From an uncultured Gammaproteobacteria bacterium (lineage in GTDB: Bacteria > Pseudomonadota > Gammaproteobacteria > CAWCPV01), in contig CAWCPV010000003.1 in assembly GCA_963797555.1 (NCBI GenBank), forward strand, positions 544,001 to 608,000: 64,000 nt of DNA. Reading direction: 5' to 3'. Positions 20,680 to 29,850 of this stretch are shown piece after piece (position 1 is the first letter of the stretch; the number at the start of each line of letters is the position of its first letter). The notes under the pieces were generated by a model that made no database searches, was not told the DNA's origin, and saw nothing but the letters and a program-made list of their open reading frames with translations. The translations under genes and the position numbers were made by a program.

Positions 20680-20921
20680 AGCTCGACTTCGCGCCCGGTG
20701 TCCTGGTTGCGACGCAAGTCAAGCTCCACATCGGCCCAGGGAGAGTCTTGCAGGAACTCGATCAGCGAGCCCTGTCTGCCGGTCAGCTTGCGGTATTCTT
20801 CGGCCGAGAGCACCACGGCCGCCTCCTCGCCGCGGACTGTGATGACCTGCGGACCCGAGCGCTGCGCCTCCTGAACCACTTGACTGAGCTTGTTCTTCGC
20901 TTCCTGAAGCTGCCACTCCAT
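20676..20921 (-). CDS. Phd/YefM family antitoxin
   Basis: WQLQEAKNKLSQVV...GPQVITVRG; overlaps the vapC start. Confidence 0.9.
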   Translation of the reverse strand: MEWQLQEAKNKLSQVVQEAQRSGPQVITVRGEEAAVVLSAEEYRKLTGRQGSLIEFLQDSPWADVELDLRRNQDTGREVEL

Positions 20922-21004
20922 TAGGCGTCTCCTGGCTAGACGGTCTAGCTACTGTAGCATAGGGCTAACGGTGTAGGACACCAGGGCCCCGACAGGTATT
21001 GGGT

Positions 21005-21075
21005 TCCAGGTGGCGTGCAGGTGATCGGGCAACCCGACAACGGCGTCGATGCGGAACGGGCGGTTGCGCCCTACC
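21005..21075 (-). pseudogene. REP-associated tyrosine transposase (RAYT) fragment
   Basis: Minus frame RPFRIDAVVGLPDHLHATW is the HUH region of YafM-like RAYTs. Confidence 0.6.
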
Positions 21076-21119
21076 TCCCGCACGCATCGCCGGAGCACAA
21101 ATAATCCCCCGTCCTGGTA

Positions 21120-21968
21120 TCACTCCGAGCCACCGGGATCGGTCCCTCGGACGGCCAGCATTTCCTTCGCGGGCGAGCGGTCCCCCGTGCAACTGATCAT
21201 CCGGGGCGCATCGAGCAGAATTAGGTGAAATCCGAGGTCCCCGTACAGCTCCAGGATGCGGCTGGTGGCCTGGTTGGAAGCGACCACGGGACCTGGATGT
21301 CTTGCGAGCCACTCGGCCAGCCTTTCCTGATCCGGCCACTCGAAGCCGTCCTTCGCGTACTGTCGAAACTGCACGTCGTAGGGAGGATCGGCGTAGATGA
21401 AGTCGTCCGGCTGCACGGGCAGGTCCGCGAAGTCGCCCGCAGTCAGATACCAGTTACGCAGAACTTTCTTGTAAGCAGCGAAGTCCCGGACGTAATTGAT
21501 ACTCTTGTAGCGACCGAACGGGACGTTGAACTCGCCGCTGCGGTTGAAGCGGCACAGTCCGTTGTAGCCGGTGCGGTTGAGGTAATAGAAGAATTCCGCC
21601 GCTTCCTGCGTCGCATCGTGACCGGACGTCACGAGCCGGTTGAACTCGGCCCGGTGCTTGTAATAAAGCTTCTCGTCGTTGTGCATGGGAATGGCCGCAC
21701 GAAGCCCCTTCTGCAGCCACCCGTAGAAGTTGATCAGGTGGGGATTGGCGTCGCTGAGGAGCGCCCGCTCCGGCTGAAGCCCGAGGGCGACCGCCAGTCC
21801 GCCGCAGAACGGTTCCACCAGCCGCCGGTCCTTGAAACGGTCCCAAATGGGCTGGAGGTGCGGCAGGAGCCAGCGTTTCCCGCCCGCCCACTTGAGGGGC
21901 GGGGTCAGGGGAGCCGGGGTGTCGCGGTCCGGTGAGGTTGTGAAGGCTTCGAACGCGAGCTGTTGCAT
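21120..21968 (-). CDS. Dam/D12-class N6-adenine DNA methyltransferase (orphan)
   Basis: LKWAGGK, EPFCGG, YNGLCRFN, FNVPFG, YADPPY. Confidence 0.9.
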   Translation of the reverse strand: MQQLAFEAFTTSPDRDTPAPLTPPLKWAGGKRWLLPHLQPIWDRFKDRRLVEPFCGGLAVALGLQPERALLSDANPHLINFYGWLQKGLRAAIPMHNDEKLYYKHRAEFNRLVTSGHDATQEAAEFFYYLNRTGYNGLCRFNRSGEFNVPFGRYKSINYVRDFAAYKKVLRNWYLTAGDFADLPVQPDDFIYADPPYDVQFRQYAKDGFEWPDQERLAEWLARHPGPVVASNQATSRILELYGDLGFHLILLDAPRMISCTGDRSPAKEMLAVRGTDPGGSE

Positions 21969-22077
21969 GGGTTATCCGTCGTAACGTTTCACGGTGGACT
22001 GGTATCCCGAAAGTGGCGCGGGTTGGCGTCGCGGACCTTCCAGCGGATAGGCGGACGGCGGCGGGACCACGCGCCTT

Positions 22078-22117
22078 TCACCCCCATCCCCGCCTTCCCC
22101 CTTCCAGGAGGAAGGAG
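22078..22117 (+). repeat. REP-like palindromic element
   Basis: cacccccatccccgccttcccccttccaggaggaaggag hairpin in an intergenic position. Confidence 0.45.
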
Positions 22118-22200
22118 TTGGCCGACCCACATGACGGCTCACTTGCACTTGCGCTCGCCGCAGATCAGGCGTGTCAGACACCGGTCGATCAGCCGGAGCG

Positions 22201-22389
22201 TCACCTGACCGCAGGGACACCAAGGTCCCTGCATATTTTGCGAGCCAAGTCATCATCGATTTCGGTGTGGCGCGGGACTGCCGAACGCTTGTTCTGGCCA
22301 GCGTTGTACCACCACGAATGACGAGCGCCCTCGCGCAACAACTCACAGCCATTGGCGCGCAGGTGGCGCAGCAGATCGCCGCGCTTCAT
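22201..22389 (-). CDS. hicA: HicA family toxin
   Basis: REGARHS...AVPRHTEI; 62 aa. Confidence 0.85.
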   Translation of the reverse strand: MKRGDLLRHLRANGCELLREGARHSWWYNAGQNKRSAVPRHTEIDDDLARKICRDLGVPAVR

Positions 22390-22598
22390 AAGGTGATGAG
22401 TTCTTCATCGAATTCGTCTCCGGCGGCTTCGAGAGCATCGCGTCTGTTTAACTCCAAAGCTTCCCGCAGCGTAACTCGCAACGTTTCGAGCAACGCCTCC
22501 TTCGAGGCTTCTTGACAGTTGACGCCCGGAATTTCTTCGATCCAGCCGATCCACCAATCGCCGGACCTCTTCACCACTGCCGTATACGCATCCTTCAT
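22386..22598 (-). CDS. hicB: HicB family antitoxin
   Basis: WWIGWIEEIPGVNCQ; ATGA overlap with hicA. Confidence 0.85.
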   Translation of the reverse strand: MKDAYTAVVKRSGDWWIGWIEEIPGVNCQEASKEALLETLRVTLREALELNRRDALEAAGDEFDEELITL

Positions 22599-22668
22599 AT
22601 GCAGCACTCCTCGGCGTCCTAAGTCGCGCACTGTCGGCGCCCAGCCGGCGCCACTCGGCAGGCGGGTC

Positions 22669-23361
22669 TCACCCGCACTTGCTCTCCCCGCAGTTCAGGC
22701 AGGTCAGGCATCCATCCAGCAGGATGACGGCCTTGGTCTGGCACTTGCCGCAGAGCTGGGCGTCCTCGGGCAAGCCCTCGGCCTGGCCGGTGCGGGCGGC
22801 ATACTTGGCGCGCTTTTCCTCGATGAGGGCCTTGCGGTGCTCGTCCATCCCCTCGTCCTTGAGCAGGCCGATGCTCCGCAGGTGCTGCTCGATGACGTCG
22901 CCAATCTCGCCGACCAGAGACGGGATGTACTTGCCGCCCTTCTTGAAGTAGCCGCCGCGCGGGTCGAACACGGACCGGAGCTCCTCAACCAGGAAGGTCA
23001 CGTCGCCGCCCTTCCGGAACACGGCGGACATGATGCGCGTGAGGGCCACTATCCACTGGAAGTGGTCCATGTTCTTCGAGTTGATGAAGATCTCGAAGGG
23101 CCGCCTCAGCTCGTGCTCGGTACCCGCGTTGAGCACGATGTCATTGATGGTGACGTAGAGGGCGTGATCGGAGAGCGGCGTCTTGATCTTGTACGTGGTC
23201 CCGCGCAGCACCTCGGGGCGCTGGATGGACTCGTGCATGTGCAAGACTTCGGCGCCATTCTCCGCGTTCGCCTGGGGCGATCCCGGCTGGGCGGAGTCGG
23301 GGACAGCCTCTTCCTTGACCACTTTGTAGTCGACGATTTTCCGGTCGATTCGGATAGGCAT
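22669..23361 (-). CDS. nrdJb: Class II ribonucleotide reductase small subunit NrdJb (TSCPD domain, Zn ribbon)
   Basis: RPEVLRGTTYKIKTP, LYVTIND, RPFEIFINSK, CLTCLNCGESKCG. Confidence 0.9.
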   Translation of the reverse strand: MPIRIDRKIVDYKVVKEEAVPDSAQPGSPQANAENGAEVLHMHESIQRPEVLRGTTYKIKTPLSDHALYVTINDIVLNAGTEHELRRPFEIFINSKNMDHFQWIVALTRIMSAVFRKGGDVTFLVEELRSVFDPRGGYFKKGGKYIPSLVGEIGDVIEQHLRSIGLLKDEGMDEHRKALIEEKRAKYAARTGQAEGLPEDAQLCGKCQTKAVILLDGCLTCLNCGESKCG

Positions 23362-23421
23362 AACCTTACTCCTGTTCAGCACCTTGTTGGGTTCCGCTTC
23401 GCTCCACCCAACCTACGTTAC

Positions 23422-26400
23422 TTAGAACTTACCGTAATATCCTTCCTTGATGGCGTCGAATAAGTTGGCCGCGGTGTGCACCTCGCCGTCGTACTCGATC
23501 TCCTCGTTGCCCTTGGCCTCGACGATCGAGCCGTCGTCCAGAGTGAAGCGGTAGATGGTGTTCTCCAGGTCCTTCTCCTTGACGAGCACGCCCTGGAACG
23601 CCTCGGGGTTGAAGCGGAAGGTGGTGCAGCCCTTCAGCCCCTTCTCGTAGGCGTACAGGTAGATGCCCTTGAAGTCCTCGTAGGGGTAGTCCGTCGGGAC
23701 GTTCGCGGTCTTGGAGATGGAGGAGTCGATCCACTTCTGAGCCGCGGCCTGGATGTCCACGTGCTCCTCGGGCGTGATGTCCTCGGCGGTCACGAAGTAG
23801 TCCGGCAGACGCTCGTCCTCGCCGTCGGCCTGCGGCGACGCTCGGGGGCTCACCAGGTGACGATAGGCAAGCAGCTCGAAGGAGTACACGTCCACCTTCT
23901 CCTTGCTCTTCTTGCCCTCGCGGATCACGTTGCGGAAGTAGTGGTGCGCGAACGAGGGCTCGATGCCGTTGCTGGCGTTGTTGGCGAGCGACAGAGAGAT
24001 GGTCCCGGTAGGCGCGATGGAGCTGTGGTGGGTGAAGCGCGCACCCATCTCGGCCAGCGCGTCCACCAGCTCAGGCGCCACCTTCGCCACTTGCTGCATG
24101 TACCGGCTGTAGCGGGCGTGCAGCACTTTGCCCTTCACCTTGTCCCCGACCGTGTAGTCGTCGGCTGCCATCTCCGGGCGCTTGACGAGCATCTCCGGGG
24201 TGACCTCGAACTCCTCTTCCATGATGGGTGCCGGCCCCTTCTCGCGGGACAGCGCCAGAGCGCTCTCCCAGCCGACCAGGGCGAGCTCGCGGGTGACCTG
24301 CTCGGTAAGCTCCAGGGACTCGGGCGAGCCGTACTTCTGGCGCAGCATGGTCAGCGTGGAGCCGAGCCCCAGGTAGCCCATGCCGTGCCGGCGCTTGCGG
24401 TAGATCTCCTCGCGCTGTTTCTCCAGCGGCAGACCGTTGACCTCCACCACGTTGTCGAGCATGCGGGTGAAGACGGCCACCACCTCCCGGAACTCCTCCC
24501 AGTCGAAGCGAGCGCGGTCGGTGAACGGGTCGCGCACGAACTGGGTCAGGTTGACGGACCCGAGGAGACAGGCGCCGTACTCCGGAAGAGGCTGTTCGCC
24601 GCACTGCCCGGTGACGAGCCCGTTAAAGATGACCGTATTGTGGTCCGCCTGTGTCGTGTCGAAGACCGGTGCCTTGCCGGTGTACACGATGTTCGTCACG
24701 CGGGTCGTGAACCGCTGGGTCTTGCGCAGGATCTTGTCCTTGACCCATTCGCGGTATTTAGCGCTCTTGCCTTCGGCGAGAAAGCCGATTTCCTCCATGA
24801 AGTGCTCGCGGGACTCTCCATCGATGATGAGATCGTAATCGGCTCCGCAGGCGTAGCACTCCGCTCCACCCTTGCCGTCCGGCATCAGCCGCTCGCGGGC
24901 CTCGCGGCGCTTGCGGATGCGACAGAAGATGCCGAAGTTGGCGAGCAGCCTCTGAACATCTTTGAGCAGGGTCGGGTAGCTCGAAGCGAGGCGAATGGAG
25001 CAGCTTTCGCCGTTGCCGGAGATGTTCACGGTGCCGTCGGCCTGGAACAGGCCGCGCAGGTAGCTGCGTACGCACTCCTCGGTACCGCGCCAGATCACTT
25101 CCGGTACGCTGTGTTTGGTGGCGGCGGTGAACCCATAGTGATCGAGGAAACGCGCCAGCAGGACCGAGCGAATGAAGGCATGATTGCGCGCCGCCACCGC
25201 TACCGGTGAGACCTCATAATGACCAGGCGCCTGCGCCAGGCCGGCTATGAGGCTGTTGATATAGCTGGCCACGACCGGTGCAAGGGTACGGTCTTCATTC
25301 CAGAAGTTGACAATGGCTGCGTTTTCGCCGTGGCCGCGGTGGGTGAAGTGTCCGTCGCCCGTGATGAGACCGATGAGCATCCCAAGCTCGGCGCCGCCTT
25401 CAGTACCGAACTGACCCTTGCCGGACTGCACCAGCAGCTCGTCGTCCGGCTGGAGATCTTTGAGCTCGATCTTGCCGCGCGCGGTGTAGAAGTCATGCCA
25501 GGCGGTCGCCTTGATCTCGTAGCCGTCCGCGGTCTCAACGCGGTAGACATCGGCTTCGCGTGCCGTCATGAAGGCGGGCACAGCACGGCGAACCAAAGTG
25601 CCTTTATCGGTACCGCCCAGGGCCCGTTTGTCCACAGTGACCTCGAGCGGCGCACCGGCGGCATACAGCTCGCCGATGGGAATCAGGCCGTATTGAGTAT
25701 GCAGGCGCGTATCCGCCGTCACACACGGATTGGTGGCGCGGATGTTCTCGCACCACCAGTTGTTGTTCATTTCGTTGACCTTGTCGATGAGCACGAAGCC
25801 GGGCTCGGCGTAGTCGTAGGTCGACGACATGATAACGTCCCACAGCCTGCGGGCACGCAGGGTCTTGTAGACCTTGCAGGCTACCTTGCCGGCGTCGTTC
25901 ACGACGTAGCCTTCCTTCACCGGCCAGTCGCGCCAGACCACCTTTTCCGGGTCGGTCAGATCGACGCCGTCGGCCTCCACTTCCTGCCGCCTGAGCGGGA
26001 ACGCCAGCGACCACGCGGCGTCGTGCTTCACCGCCTCCATGAACTCCTCGGTGACCAGGAGCGAGAGGTTGAACTGGCGCAGGCGCCCGGACTCCCGCTT
26101 GGCGCGGATGAAGGACATCACGTCCGGGTGGCTCACGTCGAAGGTGCCCATCTGAGCGCCGCGGCGTCCCCCGGCGGAGGACACCGTGAAGCACATCTTG
26201 TCGTAGATATCCATGAAGGACAGCGGGCCGGAGGTGTAGGCCCCGGCGCCGGACACATAGGCCCCTCTCGGGCGCAGCGTCGAGAACTCGTAACCGATGC
26301 CGCAGTTGTGGAGCACCGAGAGTCCGCCGTTCCCGGCCAGATAATTGTTGTGCTCCTGCACGGTGAAGTCGTAGAAGGTCTCCGGCACATCCAGGCCGCG

Positions 26401-28026
26401 GCGAATGCCCTCCACCGGCCGCAGCGTACGCGCGAACCCGATGAGGTGCGCCAGATGCGGGAAGCGCACCTCCCACCGGTCCAGCCAGACCCGGCTGACG
26501 GCGTGCCGGCGGTGGTGGCCGTGAACGAACCCGAGCCGCTCGTGCTCCTCGTAACCGAGGGCTGCAGCTTCGCCCTGCAGCGCCTCCCCGAGCGCGCGCG
26601 GCAGAACGCAGGTATCAAAGCACCCCGCCGACGCGGCGCACTTCTGGATGCGGGCGCGCTTAGCATTGTCCGCCATGTACTGCCCCACGCGGGCAAGGAA
26701 CGCTGGGTCGCAGATGTTCACCTCTGCACCGCCGTCATCTCGGACCACCTGCCCCTGACGCACCGTGGAGCGGGCCGGCGAGGCGCCAATCACGGCACGG
26801 ACGCCGAACAGTCCCAGCAGTCCCCTCAGGTCCTCCGCGAAGCGCCGGCTCCGGACGCCGATGCTGACGCCGCCGTTCTCCCGGCTCACCGTCCCGTCGC
26901 GGTCCACCAGCCCCCCGAGGAAGGGCAGGAAGTACCGCTCCGGGTGCTCGGCGATCGACCGCGGGACTCGCTCCTCGCCCGTCTCTTGACCGACTCTATG
27001 GCCGATGGGGGGCGTCGCGGGGCTCGCTTCGAAACCGGCCGCGTTGCAGTCCCAGACCGGATGCCCGTGGGGCGTCGCAGCCACGGCGACGCGAGCCGGC
27101 GAGCCGAAGGAGGCGCGGCAGAAGGCGGCGCAGCGCCCCACTACCTCTCGTTCGGCGGCGCGGATCATGAAGATGAGCCGCTCACCGCGAACCCGCACAC
27201 GGTGGAGCCAATCCCGTGGCCATGTCGGCGACGAGTGGAGCTTTGCGGACGCGCTGCCAGCGCCCGCGTGGGCCCCGGCAAGCCAGGCATCCATCGCCCC
27301 GTCCTGTTCAGCGTCCCACGGCAACGAAAACTGAATCAGCGCATCGTCACTACGGACCTCGTCCGCCCGCGCGTAGACCAGCTCCCCTTCCCGGTACACC
27401 AGCACCGGGTGCCGCGCGGAGGTGGTGAGGGTAGAGCCATGGCAGCGGATCTCGATGTTCTCTTCCTGGGGCACGTGGGTGATGAGATGACGCAGGATGG
27501 GCCGCATCTCGAAACGCCTGCGCTCACGGTCGTAGCACAGAATGCGGGCGTGCCTCTCCTCCACCGCCCGGTCGGCCGTGACCAGACCGTGCTCGGTGAG
27601 CACCAGCGTCCCCGGGGCCACGCAGCCCGCCTTGAGGGTGAGCCCGGCCTCGTGCACCTTGCCCAGGATGTCGTCCATGGAGTCGTGGATGGTGCCCGAC
27701 ACCGTGCAGTTGATGGTGGAGGTGGCGGGCTTGTGGTCCCAGGCGCCGGCGTTGGAGATGATGCGTCCGGCCGGGATGGCCCCGCGGCGCAGCGCCCACA
27801 GAAAGCGCTCGTACCAGTGCTCGCGGGCCTCGGGCGCGGCCTCTACCTCTGACAGCGCGCGGGCGACCCGTTGGTACGTGTCGTCCATAGCCTGGTCGAT
27901 CGCGGTCCCGTCCTTCTGCTTCAGGCGGTACTTCTTGTCCCAAATGTCGAAGGACGCAGGCTGGTAGGGAACGTCACCGGCGCTGGTCACGGCAAGGTGC
28001 ACGGCCTTCAGATTGGTGTTTTTCAT
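23422..28026 (-). CDS. nrdJa: Adenosylcobalamin-dependent ribonucleotide reductase NrdJa with two inteins
   Basis: PAGRI, TINC, GGRRGAQM, EPG, TNP|CGEQPL, IAPTGTIS, SISKT, GLKGCTTFR. Confidence 0.95.
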   Translation of the reverse strand: MKNTNLKAVHLAVTSAGDVPYQPASFDIWDKKYRLKQKDGTAIDQAMDDTYQRVARALSEVEAAPEAREHWYERFLWALRRGAIPAGRIISNAGAWDHKPATSTINCTVSGTIHDSMDDILGKVHEAGLTLKAGCVAPGTLVLTEHGLVTADRAVEERHARILCYDRERRRFEMRPILRHLITHVPQEENIEIRCHGSTLTTSARHPVLVYREGELVYARADEVRSDDALIQFSLPWDAEQDGAMDAWLAGAHAGAGSASAKLHSSPTWPRDWLHRVRVRGERLIFMIRAAEREVVGRCAAFCRASFGSPARVAVAATPHGHPVWDCNAAGFEASPATPPIGHRVGQETGEERVPRSIAEHPERYFLPFLGGLVDRDGTVSRENGGVSIGVRSRRFAEDLRGLLGLFGVRAVIGASPARSTVRQGQVVRDDGGAEVNICDPAFLARVGQYMADNAKRARIQKCAASAGCFDTCVLPRALGEALQGEAAALGYEEHERLGFVHGHHRRHAVSRVWLDRWEVRFPHLAHLIGFARTLRPVEGIRRGLDVPETFYDFTVQEHNNYLAGNGGLSVLHNCGIGYEFSTLRPRGAYVSGAGAYTSGPLSFMDIYDKMCFTVSSAGGRRGAQMGTFDVSHPDVMSFIRAKRESGRLRQFNLSLLVTEEFMEAVKHDAAWSLAFPLRRQEVEADGVDLTDPEKVVWRDWPVKEGYVVNDAGKVACKVYKTLRARRLWDVIMSSTYDYAEPGFVLIDKVNEMNNNWWCENIRATNPCVTADTRLHTQYGLIPIGELYAAGAPLEVTVDKRALGGTDKGTLVRRAVPAFMTAREADVYRVETADGYEIKATAWHDFYTARGKIELKDLQPDDELLVQSGKGQFGTEGGAELGMLIGLITGDGHFTHRGHGENAAIVNFWNEDRTLAPVVASYINSLIAGLAQAPGHYEVSPVAVAARNHAFIRSVLLARFLDHYGFTAATKHSVPEVIWRGTEECVRSYLRGLFQADGTVNISGNGESCSIRLASSYPTLLKDVQRLLANFGIFCRIRKRREARERLMPDGKGGAECYACGADYDLIIDGESREHFMEEIGFLAEGKSAKYREWVKDKILRKTQRFTTRVTNIVYTGKAPVFDTTQADHNTVIFNGLVTGQCGEQPLPEYGACLLGSVNLTQFVRDPFTDRARFDWEEFREVVAVFTRMLDNVVEVNGLPLEKQREEIYRKRRHGMGYLGLGSTLTMLRQKYGSPESLELTEQVTRELALVGWESALALSREKGPAPIMEEEFEVTPEMLVKRPEMAADDYTVGDKVKGKVLHARYSRYMQQVAKVAPELVDALAEMGARFTHHSSIAPTGTISLSLANNASNGIEPSFAHHYFRNVIREGKKSKEKVDVYSFELLAYRHLVSPRASPQADGEDERLPDYFVTAEDITPEEHVDIQAAAQKWIDSSISKTANVPTDYPYEDFKGIYLYAYEKGLKGCTTFRFNPEAFQGVLVKEKDLENTIYRFTLDDGSIVEAKGNEEIEYDGEVHTAANLFDAIKEGYYGKF
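24604..25725 (-). mobile_element. Intein 2 (374 aa) with LAGLIDADG endonuclease and C-terminal Gln
   Basis: NP|CVTADT...TAWHDF...LIGLITGDG...YLRGLFQADG...VFDTT...LVTGQ|CGEQ. Confidence 0.9.
26305..27624 (-). mobile_element. Intein 1 (440 aa) with degenerate LAGLIDADG endonuclease
   Basis: KAG|CVAPGT...SARHP...FLGGLVDRDG...FYDFTV..HNNY...VLHN|CGIG. Confidence 0.9.
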
Positions 28027-28049
28027 GCTCTCCCCCTCCAGTGTGGCGA

Positions 28050-28220
28050 ACACAACATCTTGTGTTCGAGGAAGAGGATAGTGCCCACATCCTGTGGATG
28101 TCAAGGCGTGAGGACTGATATATTTTATGCGTACAATCAATCGGTTACAAACTTACCCAACCTTTTCAATAGGATATCAGAGGCGCCCGCAAATTCCTAT
28201 TCATACACAACATGTTGTGG
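28050..28220. promoter_or_regulatory. NrdR boxes upstream of nrdJa (28050-65, 28083-98, 28205-20)
   Basis: acacaacatcttgtgt, gcccacatcctgtgga and acacaacatgttgtgg resemble the NrdR palindrome, in an AT-rich promoter region. Confidence 0.75.
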
Positions 28221-28287
28221 CAACAACCTGCACGCGCGTCGCCCGTTGCCGAGGCACGGACGCGCACTGCGACGGACGATCGGCGCC

Positions 28288-28896
28288 TCACCCGACCTCA
28301 TCCAGCACCCGCCTCCTAAAGCGCACGCCCAGAGCCTGGGCCAGGGCGGCGCAGGCTTCGACCTGCACCCCATCGAGGCCATCGATGGCCGTGGCGGTGA
28401 CCTCCGGCACGTAGCGGGGCGCCAATTCGAGAAACCTCAACATCGCCTCGTAAGAGCCCGCCAAGGTGGGCCGACAGTGCCGAGCATAGACTTCGGCTGA
28501 CTGGGCGTTCATGGACACCGAGAGGGCGTCCACGGCGCCCTGCATCTCGGGCAGAACATTACGCTTGTGCACTCGGTTCGCGAGTCCGTCGGTATTGAGC
28601 CGCACCCTCGCGCCGCGCGCCTTGACCTGGGCGGCCACCCGAAGCAAGAGCTTCAGGCGGAGCGTGGGCTCGCCGAAGCCGCAGAACACCACCTCGGGGT
28701 ATGGGCCCGCGCGGCCGATGGCCTCCATCACCTCGTCGAATGTCGGTCGGTGCTGCAGGGTGAGGTCATAACCGCGCACCTCGCGGCTGCCCCGGTGCTT
28801 GGGGCAGAAGGCGCACTGCAGGGTGCAGCGGTCCGTAATATTCAGATAGAGTCTCCCATTGATCGGATAAGCAATTGTCTGAGCAGAGTTATCCAT
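28288..28896 (-). CDS. TatD-associated radical SAM protein
   Basis: YLNITDRCTLQCAFC, VFCGFGEP, RLNTDG. Confidence 0.85.
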   Translation of the reverse strand: MDNSAQTIAYPINGRLYLNITDRCTLQCAFCPKHRGSREVRGYDLTLQHRPTFDEVMEAIGRAGPYPEVVFCGFGEPTLRLKLLLRVAAQVKARGARVRLNTDGLANRVHKRNVLPEMQGAVDALSVSMNAQSAEVYARHCRPTLAGSYEAMLRFLELAPRYVPEVTATAIDGLDGVQVEACAALAQALGVRFRRRVLDEVG

Positions 28897-28932
28897 CAGA
28901 CCGTCATCTCCTTACCGAAATCCGCGTAGAGG

Positions 28933-29625
28933 TTACCGCAACGCCCGCGTCACCAGGTCGTCGCTGCCGTTCAGGATGCGCTCGACCACCTCCAGCAGCT
29001 CCTGCTGACGCTGCGCTGTCGCCACGTGCAACAGGGCCCGCCACAGCGGGAAGACGTCGTCCTCCTCGCGTGCCTCGTGCTGTGCCATCGACCCGGACAG
29101 GAGGCCGACCCATGGCGCCACCTCCGCAGCCTGCGGAGACGACCCGGAGAAGTATCCGTCGAGGACATCGAGCTGCTGGAGGATCTGCTCGTGCTCCGTC
29201 AGCATGGTAACGAGCGATTGCTTGGCGCCGGGCTCGTCTATCTCCACCAGCTCGGGAGCCAGGACGTCGTTCTCGGCGTGGATGTGACGCCTCACGCCCA
29301 GGGCGAACAGCTCGTAAGGGGCACGGGCGGCGCGGCCTTCGCCTGCGTTCACTTTCTGCAGTGTATGGGCCAGCAAGCGATCCAGACGCTCATGGTCGCG
29401 CATCAGAAGGCCCGCCAGGCTCCCCGCTGCCACGTTTTCGCGTCGGCGCACCTTCAGCCGCCAGAGCGGCGGGCCCTGCTCCAGGATCTCCCAATCGATG
29501 CGTTGGCGCATCAGGGCGGACACGCTGTGCATCAGCGGGGTGGGCTCTTCGTCGCTGATCAGATCGAGCACCCGACCCGGTTGCAGGTCCTTCAGGTGAT
29601 AGAAGGCGAAGGTGCGTGCGGGCAC
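28933..29625 (-). CDS. DUF2249-like plus hemerythrin domain protein
   Basis: EQGPPLWR; DHERLD, RHIHAENDVL, EH, HEAREEDDVFP. Confidence 0.75.
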   Translation of the reverse strand: MPARTFAFYHLKDLQPGRVLDLISDEEPTPLMHSVSALMRQRIDWEILEQGPPLWRLKVRRRENVAAGSLAGLLMRDHERLDRLLAHTLQKVNAGEGRAARAPYELFALGVRRHIHAENDVLAPELVEIDEPGAKQSLVTMLTEHEQILQQLDVLDGYFSGSSPQAAEVAPWVGLLSGSMAQHEAREEDDVFPLWRALLHVATAQRQQELLEVVERILNGSDDLVTRALR

Positions 29626-29850
29626 GTCTTCCCGTTGACGCAGATCGACCCTCTCCGCGGAAGTGTCAGCCAGAACGTCCTCCAGTGTGGTTGGAAAAGA
29701 GAAGCTTACGATTAGACTGCATCTTCAGCCAGAGGTGTCCGAAAGGACAAGGTTTTCTCGCCGCACCGCCCCGGGCGCCGGCGGCACATCAGTGTCGCCG
29801 CCGCGCAGCGCTTTTGCCTTACAATGTAATCAATTTCGCCGCCTCCCGCC

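Noticed and set aside
25219-27852. 877-aa plus-strand ORF and other long antisense ORFs (23476-25209, 4956-6299, 48161-49696)
   Set aside because: Shadow ORFs opposite real genes in GC-rich DNA, with no motifs
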